Positions 12,044 through 25,281 of a DNA stretch of 64,000 bases are shown here, in pieces. Position 1 is the first letter of the stretch. Each line of letters begins with the position of its first letter. A program made the translations under genes and the position numbers. The notes under the pieces are model-generated. The model did no database searches and was not told the origin of the DNA. It was given only the letters and a program-made list of their open reading frames with translations. Origin of the DNA: Mobula hypostoma (taxonomy: Eukaryota); contig NC_086105.1 in the NCBI RefSeq assembly GCF_963921235.1, forward strand, positions 95,852,001 to 95,916,000, given 5' to 3'.

Positions 12044-13903
12044 CTTTATTTCCATTATCTGCAGCTTCGTTTTAAATTTTCACTTTAAGCAGTGAGTAGT
12101 TACAATCTGGAACCCTGTCTCTGCAAAGGAGCGAAAAGCAGATCATTAGCAATCTTTTTTAAAAAAACTTTGTTTTTAGAGGGTACAACAAGGAAGATCA
12201 CCATGTTATGCGTTGGAATGATTGTATCGAGATAAATTATAGCCTGGATTGCTACTCCTTTAAAGACAGCAAATAAATATATATTGTTGTAAAAGGTCCA
12301 GATGACCAGGTTTTTACTGTCATGCACAGCTGTATATTGATGGTCATCCTTCCTGTGGATTCAGTGGTTATTATGTGACTTAAATTTAAGTAACAAATTC
12401 AGTTAACTAAATTAGCAAGTAATAAAATAATATTGCACTTGTTTCTGGAATGACCTCCAGGCTCTTACTAGGCAACCCCACAACTTATAAATTCTTACCT
12501 TTAATTCAAATCTCTCCATAGCATTGTTCCTCCCTCTGTCTGTAATCTCCCTCAACCTGACAATCTCTGAAATATATCCTCCACCATTTGTCCTATATCA
12601 CATCAGCTATTGTAATCATGGCGCTATTGTTGCCTCGTTTTACAGAGGAGCTTTTCATCATTATACTACATGGTCACCCAAGAATAAAGTTCATGGTGAC
12701 ATGCTGCAAACTATAGAGAAATTCCCATGACCATAGGTGCCACTTGTCTATGAAACTAAACATCAGCAATGCAATTTGCAATGCTGGCACAGTCTTTGGT
12801 TAATTGAGGAAAAGTCTGTTTAAAGATCAAACCAGTAAAACAAAACACATTGTCTCTCAGGCAGGAGTGATCCTGCTTCTCTGACTGCATCCAAGATATA
12901 GTCTATTCACAGAGCTGCCATCAATGTTTGTTCCTGCATATTTCTCCAAATTCACTGTCAAGTCTGGAAAATCAAAATCAGAGTCCTGTCCCAGGCCAGC
13001 TCACATATTAGGAGCAAGAGTACACTATTATTTATGAGTATCATAAATGGCCTGTTCATAACTTCAACTCTGCATTTGTTAACCCATAGTAACCTTTCAC
13101 CCCCTTACTATTTGTATTTACTTTCTGCATTTTAACACATTGCAAAGACTCTAATTCTGGCTTTCAGGAACAGATTTCAAAAGACTCACAGTCCTCTATT
13201 TTTATGTGGCGGCCCCCATTGTTTCAGACAATGACCCCTAGTTTGCGATTCTCCGACAAAAAAGGAACATTCTCTTCACATGAACCCTCAAAACTTAGAT
13301 GTCTGAATCAAGCTGACTCTCATTCGGAGTCAGGTTTAATATCACTAGCATATGTCATGAAATTTGATTTCTTTGCAGCAGCAGTACAATTCAATACATA
13401 ATAATAGAGAAAAACATGAATTACAGTAAATGTCTGTATGTTTATAACAGTTAGGTTAAATAAGTAGCACAAACATACTTATTTTTTAAAAAGTAGTGAG
13501 GTAGTGCTCATGGTTCAATGTCCATTCAGAAATCGAATCACAGAGGGGAAGAAGCTGTTCCTGAACCGTCGAGTGTGTGCCTCCTCCCTGATGGTAGCAT
13601 TGAGAACACGGTATGTCCTGGGTGATGGGGGTCCTAAATGATGGACACTGCCTTTTTGAGGCATCTCTGCTTGAAGATGTCCTGGATACTATGGAGGTTG
13701 GTGCTCACGATGAAGCTGACTAAGTTTACAAATCTCTGTAGCTTATTTAGATACTGTGCAGTAGTCCCCCCCTGCACCCCCTTCGGTATCAGACAGTGAT
13801 GCAGCTAGTTAAAATGCTCTCCGCGGTACATCTGTGAGTGGATACCAAATCTCCTCAAACTCCGAATGAAATATAGCCACTGTTGTCTGTTTTTTATAAC
13901 TGC

Positions 13904-14282
13904 GGAGGATGAGAAGTGATCTGATAGGGGTGTACAAGATGAGAGGCATTGATCGTGTGGATAGTCAGAGGGTTCTTCCCAGGGCTGAAATGGCTAGCAC
14001 CAGAGGGCTCAGTTTTATGGTGCTTGGAAGTAAGTACAGAGGAGATGTAAGGGGTAGGTTTGTTTGTTTTTTTTTTAAAATACAGAGAGTGGTGAGTGCG
14101 CGGAATGGGCTGCCAGCAACGGTGGTGGAGGCAGATACAATAGGGTCTTTAAGAGACTCCTGGATAGGTACATGGAGCTTAGAAAAATACAGGGCTATGG
14201 GTAACCTGAGGTAATTTCCAATGTTTGGCACAGCATTGTGGGCTGAAGGGCCTGTATTGTGCTGTAGGTTTTCTATGTTACT
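13904..14282 (+). mobile_element. CR1 3' fragment inserted in the Rex1 element
   Basis: MRSDLIGVYK.RGIDRVDSQR...; CR1 tail; Rex1 sequence continues on both sides (CTGC repeated). Confidence 0.82.
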
Positions 14283-14484
14283 CTGCATCCTTTTGTTAGG
14301 CCCAGGATAGATCCTCAGAGATAGTACTGACACCCAGGAAATTGCTCACTCTTTCCCCTTCTGATCCCTCTATAAAAACTGGTGTGTGTTCCCTCATCTT
14401 ATCCTTTCTGAAGTCCACAATCAGATCTTTGATCTTACTGACATTGAGTGCAAGGTTGTTGCTGCGACACCATCCAGCTAGATG

Positions 14485-17400
14485 ATATACCTCACTCCTC
14501 TACGCCCTCTGGTCACCATATACCTCACTACTGTACGCCCTCTGGTCACCATATACCTCACTACTGTACGCCCTCTGGTCACTATATCCCTCACTCCTGT
14601 ACGCGCTCTGGTCACCATATACCTCACTCCTGTACGCCCTCTGGTCACCATATCCCTCACTACTGTACGCCCTCTGGTCACTATATCCCTCACTCCTGTA
14701 CGCGCTCTGGTCACCATATACCTCACTCCTGTATGCCTTCTGGTCACCATATACCTCACTCCTGTACGCCCTCTGGTCACCATATCCCTCACTCCTGTAC
14801 GCCCTCTGGTCACCATATACCTCATTCCTGTACGCCCCCTGGTCACCATATCCCTCACTCCTGTACACCCTCTGGTCACCATATCCCTCACTCCTGTATG
14901 CCCTCTGGTCACCATATTCCTGTACGCCCTCTGGTCATCATATCTCTCATTCCTGTACGCCCTCTGGTGACCATATCCCTCACTCCTCTACGCCCTCTGG
15001 TCACCATATACCTCATTCCTGTACGCCCTAAGTCACCATATCCCTCACTCCTGTACGCCCTCTGCTCACCATAACCCTCATTAATGTATGCCCTCTGGTC
15101 ACCATATACCTCATTCCTGTACGCCCCCTGGTCACCATATCCCTCACTCCTGTACACCCTCTGGTCACCATATCCCTCACTCCTGTATGCCCTCTGGTCA
15201 CCATATTCCTGTACGCCCTCTGGTCATCATATCTCTCATTCCTGTACGCCCTCTGGTGACCATATCCCTCACTCCTCTACGCCCTCTGGTCACCATATAC
15301 CTCATTCCTGTACGCCCTAAGTCACCATATCCCTCACTCCTGTACGCCCTCTGCTCACCATAACCCTCATTAATGTATGCCCTCTGGTCACCATATACCT
15401 CATTCCTGTACGCCCTCTGGTCACCATATCCCTCACTCCTGTACGCCCTCTGGTCACCATATCCCTCACTCCTGTACGCCCTCTGGTCACCATATCCCTC
15501 ATTCCTGTACGCCCTCTGGTCGCCATATCCCTCATTCCTGTACGCCCTCTGGTCGCCATATCCCTCACTCCTGTACGCCCTCTGGTCGCCATATACCTCA
15601 TTCCTGTATGCCCTCTGGTCGCCATATCCCTCATTCCTGTACGCCCTCTGGTCACCATATCCCCTCATTCCTGTACGCCCTCTGGTCAGCATATCCCTCA
15701 TTCCTGTACGCCCTCTGGTCACCATATACCTCACTCCTGTACGCCCTCTGGTGACAATATACCTCACTCCTGTACACCCTAAGTCACCATATCCCTCATT
15801 CCTGTATGCCCTCTGGTCACCATATACCTCATTCCTGTACACCCTCTGGTCACCATATACCTTATTCCTGTACGCCCTCTGGTCGCCATATACCTGTATG
15901 CCCTATAGTCACCATACCTCACTCCTGTACGCCCCCTGGTCACCATATACCTCATTCCTGTACGCCCCCTGGTCACCATATACCTCATTCCTGTACGCCC
16001 CCTGGTCACCATATACCTCATTCCTGTACGCCCCCTGGTCACCATATCCCTCAATCCTGTACGCCCCCTGGTCACCATATCCCTCAATCCTGTACGCCCC
16101 CTGGTCACCATATCGCTCATTCCTGTACGCCCCCTGGTCACCATATCCCTCATTCCTGTACGCCCCCTGGTCACCATATCCCTCGTTCCTGTACGCCCCC
16201 TGGTCACCATATCCCTCGTTCCTGTACGCCCCCTGGTCACCATATCCCTCGTTCCTGTACGCCCCCTGGTCACCATATACCTCGTTCCTGTACGCCCCCT
16301 GGTCACCATATACCTCGTTCCTTTACGCCCCCAATCACCATATCCGTCGTTCCTGTACGCCCCCTGGTCACTATATCCCTCATTCCTGTACGCCCTCTGG
16401 TCACCATATACCTCATTCCTGTACGCCCCCTGGTCACCATATACCTCATTCCTGTACGCCCCCTGGTCACCATATACCTCATTCCTGTACGCCCCCTGGT
16501 CACCATATCCCTCAATCCTGTACGCCCCCTGGTCACCATATCCCTCAATCCTGTACGCCCCCTGGTCACCATATCGCTCATTCCTGTACGCCCCCTGGTC
16601 ACCATATCCCTCATTCCTGTACGCCCCCTGGTCACCATATCCCTCATTCCTGTACGCCCCCTGGTCACCATATCCCTCGTTCCTGTACGCCCCCTGGTCA
16701 CCATATCCCCTCATTCCTGTACGCCCCCTGGTCACCATATCCCTCATTCCTGTACGCCCCCTGGTCTCCATATCCCTCATTCCTGTACGCCCCCTGGTCT
16801 CCATATCCCTCACTCCTGTACGCCCCCTGGTCACCATATCCCTCATTCCTGTACGCCCCCTGGTCACCATATCCCTCATTCTTGTACGCCCCCTGGTCAC
16901 CATATCCCTCACTCCTGTACGCCCCCTGGTCTCCATATCCCTCAGTCTTGTACGCCCCCTGGTCACCATATCCCTCACTCTTGTACGCCCCCTGGTCTCC
17001 ATATCCCTCACTCTTGTACGCTCTCTGGTCACAATATCCCTCATTCCTGTACGCTCTCTGGTCACCATATCCCTCACTCCTGTACGCTCTCTGGTCACCA
17101 TATACCTCGTTCCTGTACGCCCCCTGGTCACCATATCCCTCACTCTTGTACGCCCCCTGGTCTCCATATCCCTCACTCTTGTACGCCCCCTGGTCACCAT
17201 ATCCCTCACTCCTGTACGCCCCCTGGTCACCATATCCCTCACTCTTGTACGCCCTCTGGTCTCCATATCCCTCATTCCTGTACGCCCTCTGGTCTCCATA
17301 TCCCTCACTCCTGTACGCCCCCTGGTCACCATATACCTCATTCCTGTACGCCCCCTGGTCACCATATCCCTCACTCCTGTACGCCCCCTGGTCACCATAT

Positions 17401-17660
17401 ACCTCATTCCTGTACGCCCCCTGGTCACCATATCCCTCATTCCTGTACGCCCCCTGGTCTCCATATCCCTCACTCTTGTACGCCCCCTGGTCACCATATC
17501 CCTCATTCCTGTACGCCCTCTGGTCTCCATATCCCTCACTCCTGTACGCCCCCTGGTCACCATATCCCTCATTCCTGTACGCCCCCTGGTCACCATATCC
17601 CTCATTCCTGTACGCCCCCTGGTCTCCATATCCCTCACTCTTGTACGCCCCCTGGTCACC
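14485..17660. repeat. 33-bp minisatellite, ~96 units, consensus ATAT(A/C)CCTCA(C/T)TCCTGTACGCCC(C/T)CTGGTCACC
   Basis: Directly visible tandem array; 3176 bp / 33 is about 96; the long ORFs here are 11-aa repeats. Confidence 0.98.
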
Positions 17661-18379
17661 ACCTGAAACTCAGCCACCAATAGTTGTATTGTCAGCAAAT
17701 TTATAGATGTCATTTGAGGATACGGACCTAGTTTTTCCAACCTTACCTCACAAGATTACCTGTCCATTCAAAGTATTAGTTCAGTCACCTTTTCTGAACT
17801 GCTTCCATCACATTAACATCCTTCCCTAAATAAGGAGGCAGATATTGCACACAGATGTAATCCCACCTAATGCCATGTATCCATATGTCACATCTAACCT
17901 CTGATATTACCTTCCTACTTTTGGATTCATTTCCCCAGAGCTAAGCAATAACATTTTGTTACTTCTTGTACTTGCCAATGCGTCTTTTGGTGAATCATGC
18001 ACTTGATTATCCTGACCCTCTGCATTTTAGGGATTCGCAGTCTCTCACTGATCACTCTTTTATTTGGTTAGAGATCCCTAGCACCGAGGCCCCAATGGTG
18101 ATCATTCTGTTCCTTGCATTGCGTGATACAAGACTCTCCAAACAGACATTCCATTCCGAGTCCTACCGCAGCAAGAGCTTAGCAGACCTTCTTGAAAAAG
18201 TGCTTGTCCCTGCTGACTCCTAGGAACTCCTGACCCGTGATTCAAAGTGAGTGAGTGGATGTAGATGGGATATTTCCATTAGTGGGGGAGTCTAGGACCA
18301 GAGGGCACAGCCTCAGAATAGCAGGATGTCCCTTTAGAACAGAGGGGGAATTTCTTTAGCCAAATGGTGGTGAATGTCA

Positions 18380-19665
18380 GAGTCATAGACATGTGCAGCA
18401 CAGAAACACATCTTTCTGTGCCAAACCATTTAAACTGCCTAGTCCCATTAACCTGCACCCAGACCATAGACGTCCGTAACTCTCCCATCCAAGTTCCTAT
18501 CGAGCTCACATGCCCCACGTGCACTGTCAGCTTGTTTCACACTCTGAGTGAAGAGGTTTTCCCTCATGTTCCCCTTAAACATCTCACCTTTCACCCTAAA
18601 CCCATGGCCTCTAGTTGTAGTCCCACACAACTTCTATGGAAAAAGCTTGCCTGCATTTACCCTGTCTATACCTCTAATTTGGTATACCTTCATTAAATCT
18701 CCCCCCAGTCATCTACATCCCAAGGTGTAAAGTCCAAACTTATTCAATCTTTCCTTACAGTCAGGTCCTCCAATTCCGGCAACATCCTTGTAAATAAAGT
18801 TGAAAGAGTACAGAGAAAATTTACATCTTTCCAGTAGGTAGGTGACCAAAACTGCACATAGTACTCCAAATCAGGCCTCACTAACATCTCATACAACTTC
18901 AACATAACATCCCAATTCCAGTACTTAAAACCTTAATTTACGAAGGCCATTGTGCCAAAAGTTTTCTTTAACTATCTACCTTTGACACCACTTTTCAATG
19001 ATTTATGGACCTGTATTTCCAGATCCCATTTGTTCTACCACACTCATCACTGCCCTACTTTTCACTGTGTATGTCTACACTGGTTGGTCCTACCAAAGTG
19101 CAACGCCTCACACTTGTCTGCATTAAATTCCATCTATTATTTTTCAGCCCATTTTCCAGCTGGTCCAGATCTTGCTGCAAGCTCTAATAGTCCTCCTCGC
19201 CGTCCACTACACCCCCAGTCTTGGTGTCATCCACAAATCTGCTGATCCAGTTAACCATATTATCATCCAGATCATTGGTATAGAGGACAAACAACAATGG
19301 ACTCAGCACTGATCCCTGCAGCACACCACTAGCCACAGGCCTTCAATCAGAGAGACAGCCATCTGCTACCACTCTCTGACTTCTCCCACAAAGCCAATGT
19401 CTAATCTAATTTACGACCTCATCTTGAATGCCAAGCAACTGAACTTTCCTGACCAACTTCCCATGTGAGACCTTATCAAAGGCCTTGCTAAAGTCCATGT
19501 AGACAATATCCACTGCCTTGCCTTCATCAACTTTCCTGGTAACCTCCTCGAAGAACTCTATAAGATTGGTTAGACATGACCTATCATACACAAAGCCATG
19601 CAGACTATCCCTCATTTGTCCCTGCCTATCCAAATACTCATATATCCTGTCCCTCAGAATACCTT
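18380..19665 (-). mobile_element. CR1 LINE, 3' part (continues at 26172)
   Basis: HGF...SCLTNLIEFFEEVTRKVDEGKAVDIVYMDFSKAFDKV on the minus strand. Confidence 0.85.
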
Positions 19666-21370
19666 ACTTTCTTTTCAAATCTTTTTATGATCTTTTTTCA
19701 AAGTAAACATGAGTACATCGAAGTAAACAACACTTACAATGTCTCAAGAAAAATAAACATTATATCAAGATTGAAAAAATTTTGTGATGAAAAAAACTCT
19801 ACTAAGCAAGAAAAGTGGGAAAAAAGAAAAATCCCATTAGGTGTTCAACCCCAGAACCATGCGTCATACATAAAACTTCTAAAGATAAACGTCAAACCAC
19901 CAGCAAAAAAAAGTATCAAAAAATTTATAATTAGATCATGGAGAATCCACAATTAACTCAAATGAACCCCATCTTTTCTCAAAATCAAACATAGGTTCAA
20001 AGGTTCGACTTCTAATTTTCTCCTAACTAAGACTTGTCTGTTATCAGGGTGTAGATACCTCCGTAATTCAATCAATCCAAAATCAGTCAAAAAGGAGTTG
20101 ATAAGTGACGCAGAATGATTTGGAAGTTGCTGTTGGGTTAAGCTCTTATCCATCAAAGGATTTAAACAACAGCTAAAATCCCCACCCATTATCAACATAT
20201 ATTCATTTAATTCAGGCAGTAAGGCAAATACCTTTTTAAAAAATGAAGGATAATCTAAATTAAGACCATACATTTAACCAAAACAACTTTTCTGTTACAG
20301 ATCACTGCTTTAACAATTAAAAATCTACCATTAGAATCTGACTCAATATCCTCGAGTAAATATATTAGATTTAATAAAGATGGACATGCTTTTAGTCCTA
20401 CTCTGAGAAGTGGAGTGGAACTGCAACCTTTCCACCATCCAAAAAATCTATTTTAATCTCCCGCCCTGGTATGTGTCTCTTGAGCAAAAATTATATCAGG
20501 TTGGAATCGGTTACTAACTTTAAAAGTCTATTTTCGTTTGATAGGATGAGTCCAACCATGTACATTCCTACTTATTAGATTAATCCGTTTAAATACCATA
20601 TTATAATTTTATTCTACTTTACACATGCGAATACAGGATGATCAAAAATGGCGGCGATGAAGAATACAACCACATAAAAAACACGCATGCTCCAGAACCA
20701 CCCAATGGGGAAAAAGATTCCTGACTCTAACCCCTCCCCCTCCCAAAAGCCCGAAAAGGAGAGCAAACTAGATAGAATACAAAGCCAGGGACTGCCCTGT
20801 CTGTTCAGGAGAAACATTTTTAAAAAGGATTATCTCTCCCTCCCCCCAGTTAAAAAAAACCGACTGACCTTGTGAAAGGAACAATAAAGTCTCAGCAAAG
20901 GAGTGTGTTTACATTCCAGCATAACAATGTTATCTCTTAAAGAGAAAAACCAGCGCCATTTTTTTTGGGTTTAATATTATGTCTCCAAAAAAAACTTCAA
21001 ATTCAATTATAAGACGCTATAATAAAGCAGGAAAAATTAATAGCATGTTAAACCATACTAAATTTCCAAAAATACCAATTAATAATAACATAAGTAAATA
21101 AACCCCCCTAGATATATAAAAAAGCCCCATTAGTAGGAAAATCTACTGATTAATTAATTCAGAAAGAAACAAAAAAAAAGACATGAAACCAAATATTAGG
21201 TTAAAGGGACAAGTCCCTTTATCTTCTTTTTCTCAGTCAAATCTCTGAGTAACCATTTAAACAGTCATACTTGAACCATAAATCTTCTTTAAAAAAAACA
21301 ATATGCAATAACGAATGACTCTCCTTATCTTCTTTCATTAGTCGCCCAATTAAAATATCCAAGTCACCTT

Positions 21371-23201
21371 TTTTTAAATTTTATTTTTATTTGGATAAGG
21401 AATTCACAAGTATCATGTACTTTTTCCACACTTATAACCTTTTCCATTTTTTATATGTATAAAACTATAATTATTTATACATTCTTAAGTACACATTGAG
21501 ATGATATAAAAGGAAATTAGACACTTAAATAGATAATTATGTACAGTGGTAATTCTAATCTATTAGGCTAAGTAATGGTATTAGTTGTTAAGAAACATAG
21601 TAACAATAGTTTCCATAAATCTCTTCTGGACCGTTTCTTCTGGTCCAAAATGTTGTATGTAAGCCTATGTAACAACCATTGTAGGTGTTTATATCCTAAC
21701 TTGTTCATGCTTGCTCCTGCCCCCAGACATAATTATCCAATCCCTATGTACTTATTTACTTAATTTTAGCATTTTTTATCCCTTTTCCAAATCTTTTCCT
21801 TTACTTATGTTAATTCTCTATTTTCCAAAAGAAAACAAAAACAGTGAACATTTAGACTAGAGGTGCTTACGTTAGCAATATTACTGTGTTGATGAGAAGA
21901 GCAGCATAAATCATTAGGAGAGTCATTTAAAGTCTGCTGGCATTGGGGTTATATATTCAATCCATTTATTCCAGATTTGATAACATTTTTATTTTTGAAT
22001 TCTCAAGGATTAAGTCAACTTTTCCATTTAAAATATTTCCAAGATAATTTTGTGCCAATCTTCTAATGTAGGTGGTATTGGATTTAGCCACTTTCTAGTG
22101 ATTGATTTCTTACTTGCCGCTAAGAGGGCCTGCAGCAACTTTATATTCTGTTCAAGAAACAATACATGCCCCAAATAGAGAGTCTCAAAGTTCAGAGGTA
22201 TCTGGGACCTAAGTACCTTAACTAATGTTCTATGAATACTTTCCCAATATATACTTAATTTAGGGCAATCCCAGAAAATATGAAAATGATTTGCCTCCTT
22301 GGAGCCGCACCTTCTCCAACACGTCACGTTTGTATCTCTATATTTTTCCTGATATGGGGTCTTGAAGTATCTTATAATATTTTTCCAACAATGTTCTCTC
22401 CACGTCAAAGAATTAGTTGAGGACCACTGAAAGCTGCATATTTTCCCCCAAGCCTCCTCTGAAAGTACCAAACCTGCTTCTTTCTCCCACTTCTCTTTAA
22501 TATACAATGTGTTTACATTTTTAGCATGGGAGAGTGCATTATATAATTGAGAAACTGATTTACTAGGTATTGAACTGCAAGCCGAATTCAGGATCTTGAA
22601 AAATTCTAATTCTACTGTTGATAGGTCTGTATATCTACAACTCTGGTTAACATAGTTTCGTACTTGAAGGTACCTAAAAAAGTCATTGTGTTCTAGGCCA
22701 TGTTTGTCCTGCAGGATTTGGAAACTTTGTAATACTCTTTTATCTATAAATGAGAGGTAGGTTGTAAGACCTTTCTTTATCCATGATTTAAATCTTTTAT
22801 TTCCTCTGTTGGGAAGGAACTCGGTATCATATGCACACCATCTGAAGAGTTTTAACATGTTATTAATTCCACACGAATTAATCACCTTCTGCCATACTTT
22901 TAATGTAAGATTTATCCAACTGTTTTTAAATTTTTTCAATTGGGCCATCAATCCTTTGTCAGCTATTGAGGCCTGTAGAGGAAAACTGTCAACTAATCCA
23001 AATTCTATTTCCTTCCATCTAGCCTTATATTCCCTATTACACCAATATAATAGAGGGGTTATCTGTGAGGCATAAAAATAATTTCTCAGGCAAGGAAGAA
23101 CCATACCTCCTCCTTCCTTCCCTAACTGTAAGGTGTTATATCGAATTCTAGGTTTCTTTCCTTGCCAAATGAAGTGGGAAATCCATTTGTCCCATTCCCT
23201 G
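21371..23201 (-). mobile_element. L1-clade element B (5'-truncated, ORF2 C-terminus) nested in L1-A
   Basis: 12-bp TSD CCAAGTCACCTT at 21359-21370 and 23202-23213. Open 358-aa ORF with zinc knuckle CWRRCGSKEANHFHIFWDC; poly(A) tail. Confidence 0.9.
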
Positions 23202-23454
23202 CCAAGTCACCTTCATAAATCTTCTTTCCGAAATGCCAAGAATATACAAATAACCAATTTCAGACAATTCATTTGGTAACAGCGGCAGGTATAGTTTGAA
23301 CGAACTCCAGTGCAGCTTTTGGATCAAAAAATGTACGAGGAGGAGAGTTAGAAGGAAAAACTTTAATTCTTGTTGGGTAATGCAAGGAAGGAAACAGTTT
23401 CTTATCATATGCCTGTTTCATTACCAGAGCAAATCCTGATCTTTGTTCCATTAC

Positions 23455-25281
23455 GACATCCTGAACGCTAAAAAGAGGGGGTTTAGAGATGGAAATAGAG
23501 AGGAGCTGAGGGCAATACAGAGGGACCTGAAAGCCAGGATCAGGGAGGCTAAAGACAGGTACAGGAGGAAACTTGAGTGGAAACTCCAGCAGAACAACAT
23601 GAGAGAGGTCTGGAGTGGAATGAGGACCATCACTGGGTTCCGGCAAACTAGCAACAGAGGAGCTGAAGGCAGTGTGGACAGGGCCAATGAACTTAACCTG
23701 TTCTTTAACAGACTTGACATTGTGGCCCCTGCCCATCCCCCACATGAGCCATTTGTTGTCGGCCCCCAACCAACACTTATTCCACTCTCCCCTCCTACCC
23801 CTCCTCACAGTCCCCCACCCTGCTCTCATGACTATACCCCTTCCCCACACGAAACCACCACGGTGGGCTTCACAGCTGAACAGGTGAGAAGACAGCTGAA
23901 ACGTCTCAACCCAAGCAAGGCTGCAGGACCGGATGGTGTCAGTACCAGGGTGCTCAAAGCCTGTGCCCTTCAGCTATGTGGAGTACTTCGCCATGTATTC
24001 AACCTGAGCCTGAGGCTCCGGAGGGTTCCTGTACTGTGGAAAACATCCTGCCTCGTCCCTGTGCCGAAGATGCTATGCCCCCACGGCCTCAATGACTACA
24101 GACTGGTGGCATTGACCTCCCTCATCATGAAGACCCTGGAGAGACTTGTTCTGGAGCTGCTCCGGCCTATGGTCAGGCCACACTTAGATCCCCTCCAGTT
24201 CGCCTACCAGCCCCAACTAGGAGTTGACGATGCCATCGTCTACCTGCTGAACCGTGTCTACGCCCACCTGGACAAGCCAGCGAGCACTGTCAGGGTCATG
24301 TTTTTTGACTTCTCCAGTGCATTCAACACCATCCACCCTGCTCTGCTGGGGAAGAAGCTGACAGCGATACAGATGGATGCTTCCCTGGTATCATGGATTC
24401 TTGATTACCTGACTGGCAGACCACAGTACATGTGCTTGCAACACTGTGTGTCCGACAGACTGTTCAGCAGCACTGGGGCTCCACAGGGGACTGCCTTGTC
24501 TCCCTTTCTCTTCACCATTTACACCTCCGACTTCAACTACTGCACAGAGTCTTGTCATCTTCAGAAGTTTTCGGATGACTCTGCCATAGTTGGATGCATC
24601 AGCAAGGGAGATGAGGCTGAGTACAGGGCTACGGTAGGAAACTTTGTCACATGGTGTGAGCAGAATTATCTGCAGCTTAATGTGAAAAAGACTAAGGAGC
24701 TGGTGGTAGACCTGAGGAGAGCTAAGGTACCGGTGACCCCTGTTTCCATCCAGAGGGTCAGTGTGGACATGGTGGAGGATTACAAATACCTGGGGATACG
24801 AATTGACAATAAACTGGACTGGTCAAAGAACACTGAGGCTGTCCACAAGAAGGGTCAGAGCCATCTCTATTTCCTGAGGAGACTGAGGTCCTTTAACATC
24901 TGCCGGACGATGCTGAGGATGTTCTACGAGTCTGTGGTGGCCAGTGCGATCATGTTTGCTGTTGTGTGCTGGGGCAGCAGGCTGAGGGTAGCAGACACCA
25001 ACAGAATCAACAAACTCATTCGTAAGGCCAGTGATGTTCTGGGGATGGAACTGGACTCTCTGACGGTGGTATCTGAAAAGAGGTTGCTGTCCAAGTTGCA
25101 TGCCATCTTGGACAATATCTCCCATCCATTACATAATGTACTGGGTGGGCACAGGAGTACATTCAGCCAGAGACTCATTCCACCGAGATGCAACACAGAG
25201 CGTCATAGGAAGTCATTCCTGCCTGTGGCCATCAAACTTTACAACTCTTCCCTTGGAGGGTCAGACACCCTGAGCCAATAG
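23455..25281 (+). CDS. Rex1/Babar reverse transcriptase, uninterrupted but 5'-truncated ORF
   Basis: About 608 open codons with KAAGPDG, DPLQFAY, FFDFSSAFNTI, GAPQG, KFSDD, YKYLG motifs. Confidence 0.85.
   Translation, partial: DILNAKKRGFRDGNREELRAIQRDLKARIREAKDRYRRKLEWKLQQNNMREVWSGMRTITGFRQTSNRGAEGSVDRANELNLFFNRLDIVAPAHPPHEPFVVGPQPTLIPLSPPTPPHSPPPCSHDYTPSPHETTTVGFTAEQVRRQLKRLNPSKAAGPDGVSTRVLKACALQLCGVLRHVFNLSLRLRRVPVLWKTSCLVPVPKMLCPHGLNDYRLVALTSLIMKTLERLVLELLRPMVRPHLDPLQFAYQPQLGVDDAIVYLLNRVYAHLDKPASTVRVMFFDFSSAFNTIHPALLGKKLTAIQMDASLVSWILDYLTGRPQYMCLQHCVSDRLFSSTGAPQGTALSPFLFTIYTSDFNYCTESCHLQKFSDDSAIVGCISKGDEAEYRATVGNFVTWCEQNYLQLNVKKTKELVVDLRRAKVPVTPVSIQRVSVDMVEDYKYLGIRIDNKLDWSKNTEAVHKKGQSHLYFLRRLRSFNICRTMLRMFYESVVASAIMFAVVCWGSRLRVADTNRINKLIRKASDVLGMELDSLTVVSEKRLLSKLHAILDNISHPLHNVLGGHRSTFSQRLIPPRCNTERHRKSFLPVAIKLYNSSLGGSDTLSQ

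Larger units (their letters stand above)
13315..17718 (-). mobile_element. 5'-truncated Rex1/Babar LINE interrupted by a CR1 fragment and by the minisatellite
   Basis: Minus strand reads SNDIYKFADNTTIGG*VSG-[GDQRAYRSEVY]n-HLAGWCRSNNLALNVSKIKDLIVDFRK. Homologous to 41148-42032. 3' tail GATATTAAACCTGACTCCGAAT. Confidence 0.88.

Noticed and set aside
14485-17660. CRISPR-like array (33-bp repeat)
   Set aside because: Units are contiguous with no unique spacers, there are no cas genes, and the context is eukaryotic
15373-17740. 777, 653 and 625 aa ORFs (His/Cys/Pro- or Tyr/Trp-rich repeats) as a novel repeat protein
   Set aside because: The 33-bp unit has no stop in five of six frames, the frames shift at indels, there is no splice or promoter context, and the unit derives from a LINE RT
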